Source: a virus | Lineage: Duplodnaviria > Caudoviricetes | Reading direction: 5' to 3' (one strand) | Virus record (IMG/VR): IMGVR_UViG_3300017700_000351 | Span: 1 to 25,469 of that record | DNA: 25,469 nt | Shown here: positions 23,978 to 25,469 of the stretch, in pieces | How positions within the stretch are numbered: the stretch's first letter is position 1 | Layout: each line of letters starts with the position of its first letter | Position numbers and translations under genes: made by a program | The notes under the pieces: generated by a model | What the model was told of the DNA's origin: nothing | Database searches by the model: none | The model's input: only the letters and a program-made list of their open reading frames with translations

Positions 23978-25192
23978 TTACGTCCAGTCGATTTCTGTGG
24001 CGGTGTCGTCGGCGTCGATCACTTCGCCGTCCTCAATGATGACCGCGCTAGCGTCATCATCAGCGACCCGCTCGATCCACACCTGGTAATCGGACTCCTC
24101 CGCCATGCTCGCAATCAGCGCCATCGACTCGTCATCGAGCAGCGAGCCGTCGAGAATACGGATCACCCGGAGCGACGGGTTCAGGCTCATCGCCATCGCG
24201 AGCGAGACACGGATCTGCTCACTGCTCGACGCCTGCGAGAACGGGATCCCGTTGTACGTCACGCCGTCGTCAGTGAACCCGAGTCCATCGACGGGGAACG
24301 TAGCCGCCGAGAGCGCCTGCTCCCGCCTGCGGTCGATGCCGTCGATCTGCTGAGTGAGTTGGGCGATGGCGCTGTTCAGGCTCGCTGCCCGCTCGCGCTT
24401 GCTCGCGCGTGTCGCGTTCTCGCGGACCCGTGCGTTCACGTCCTCCGCACTGTTGATCTGCTCAGTCAGCGTCTCGATGGCGTCGCCGTACTCCGACATG
24501 GAGTTGAGGATGATCTGCTCCTTCTCCAGTCGATCGGTCAGCCTGGCGAGCTCATCGTGCATACGGGTGATGTTGGCTGCGACTGTGGCGCGCGCATTCT
24601 CCGCGTGCTGCGCTGCGGTGAGTTGCGCGATCAGGTCACCGACCGACACCTCATCGACGGGTACGCCGGGGTGCAGTGCCGGGATGTCCCCGAGCCCCTT
24701 GAGGTCGCGCCCGAGATCGGTGCGCTGCTCGAACGCGGCAGCCCGCTCATGCGCGAGCACGTCGAGCCGGGCCTCACCGAGATCCGCGACATCAATCAGC
24801 GCCTTGACCTGATCCTTCGGGGACATCCGCGTGAACGCGAGCGGGTCGAATGACAGCCGACCCATGTGCTCATCGAGCACGGACTGGGGGCTGGAGTACG
24901 CGGCCCCGTCCGCAGCCCGCACGACAAGCTTGCTCCGCTCGCCCTTCCACGTGCGGGTCACGATGAGGTCGCCCAGGTCGAGCTCCACGCTCGCCTCGTC
25001 CTCGCCGTCGCGGACCACTCGCGCGGTTTCCTTCGATGCCTGCCCGCCGCCGATTGCCAGCCAGATCGCGTCCATGAGCGATGTCTTGCCCTGTGCGTTG
25101 CGCCCGGTGACGACTTGCACGTGGTCCGCCGGGGTGATCTCCACTGCCTTGATGCGCTTCACGTTCGTAGCCGTGAGCCTGATGATCTTCAT
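23978..25192 (-). CDS. SbcC/Rad50/SMC-like ABC-type ATPase with short coiled coil
   Basis: Start moved to ATG 25192 (MKIIRLTATNVKRIK); Walker A GRNAQGKTS, coiled-coil middle, signature-like ASSSEQ, Walker B/D-loop IRILDGSLLD; 404 aa. Confidence 0.85.
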   Translation of the reverse strand: MKIIRLTATNVKRIKAVEITPADHVQVVTGRNAQGKTSLMDAIWLAIGGGQASKETARVVRDGEDEASVELDLGDLIVTRTWKGERSKLVVRAADGAAYSSPQSVLDEHMGRLSFDPLAFTRMSPKDQVKALIDVADLGEARLDVLAHERAAAFEQRTDLGRDLKGLGDIPALHPGVPVDEVSVGDLIAQLTAAQHAENARATVAANITRMHDELARLTDRLEKEQIILNSMSEYGDAIETLTEQINSAEDVNARVRENATRASKRERAASLNSAIAQLTQQIDGIDRRREQALSAATFPVDGLGFTDDGVTYNGIPFSQASSSEQIRVSLAMAMSLNPSLRVIRILDGSLLDDESMALIASMAEESDYQVWIERVADDDASAVIIEDGEVIDADDTATEIDWT

Positions 25193-25212
25193 GCTGCCGC
25201 CCATCCTCTCCA

Positions 25213-25241
25213 AAGGTACCCCTCGCGGGGGTGATTGTCTG
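25213..25241 (-). promoter_or_regulatory. Putative promoter carrying the same dyad as 20290-20312
   Basis: CAGACA, 17-bp spacer, TACCTT; ACCCC-N5-GGGGT dyad at 25218-25232. Confidence 0.55.
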
Positions 25242-25248
25242 ACTGTAG

Positions 25249-25467
25249 CTACATGATGGCTCTGTGTCCAGCACTCGCAGCCAACTGCTGCGGCGAGCAC
25301 GTCGGGCACTTCACCGCCGGGACCGCGCCGGGGATCCAGCCGTGATCGCATTCGCTATGCGTGCAGCGGCACGAGCTACGACCGCAGTGCATCGGGTCAT
25401 CCTTCACGAACGCCGCCCGCGTGGCCGCTCGATGCTTGCGCCACGCCGCATTCATCGTCGCCGCCAC
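25249..25467 (-). CDS. Cys-rich hypothetical protein (possibly 5'-truncated)
   Basis: CRCTHSECDHGW...CPTC motif; frame reaches the window edge. Confidence 0.6.
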   Translation of the reverse strand: MAATMNAAWRKHRAATRAAFVKDDPMHCGRSSCRCTHSECDHGWIPGAVPAVKCPTCSPQQLAASAGHRAIM

Positions 25468-25469
25468 GA

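Noticed and set aside
25244-25253. 10-bp palindrome TGTAGCTACA
   Set aside because: Single short copy overlapping a stop codon; cannot be distinguished from chance.
1-25469. tRNA, rRNA, integrase, transposase, lysis genes, reverse transcriptase or DGR
   Set aside because: No supporting motifs or structures seen in this window.

Overview
High-GC (about two-thirds G+C by eye) segment of a tailed phage or prophage with siphovirus architecture, most likely infecting an actinobacterium. Every credible gene is on the minus strand. Transcription runs right to left. An early/accessory block (25469 to 15454) holds an SbcC/Rad50/SMC-like ATPase, an MmcB-like PD-(D/E)xK nuclease, an HNH nuclease, a probable Acb2/Tad1-type anti-defence sponge, a matrixin-like metalloprotease and a translationally coupled string of small Cys-rich proteins. 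The virion block (15413 to 1) runs TerS, TerL, portal, MuF, an inserted HslV/proteasome-beta-like protease plus one hypothetical, prohead protease/scaffold, major capsid protein, Zn-ribbon protein, adaptor, tail terminator, acidic protein, major tail protein, tail assembly chaperone with a -1 frameshift, HK97 gp10-like protein and the tape measure protein (runs off the left edge, absent from the ORF track). The strongest non-coding signals are: two chromosomal-type parS palindromes (GTTTCACGTGAAAC) bracketing the putative sponge gene; a shared dyad inside two sigma-70-type promoters, one with a MerR-like 19-bp spacer; and a 13-bp in-frame linker repeated at an exact 90-bp period. No integrase, lysis genes, tRNA or CRISPR array were seen. 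Family assignments come from motif recognition only; no searches were run.
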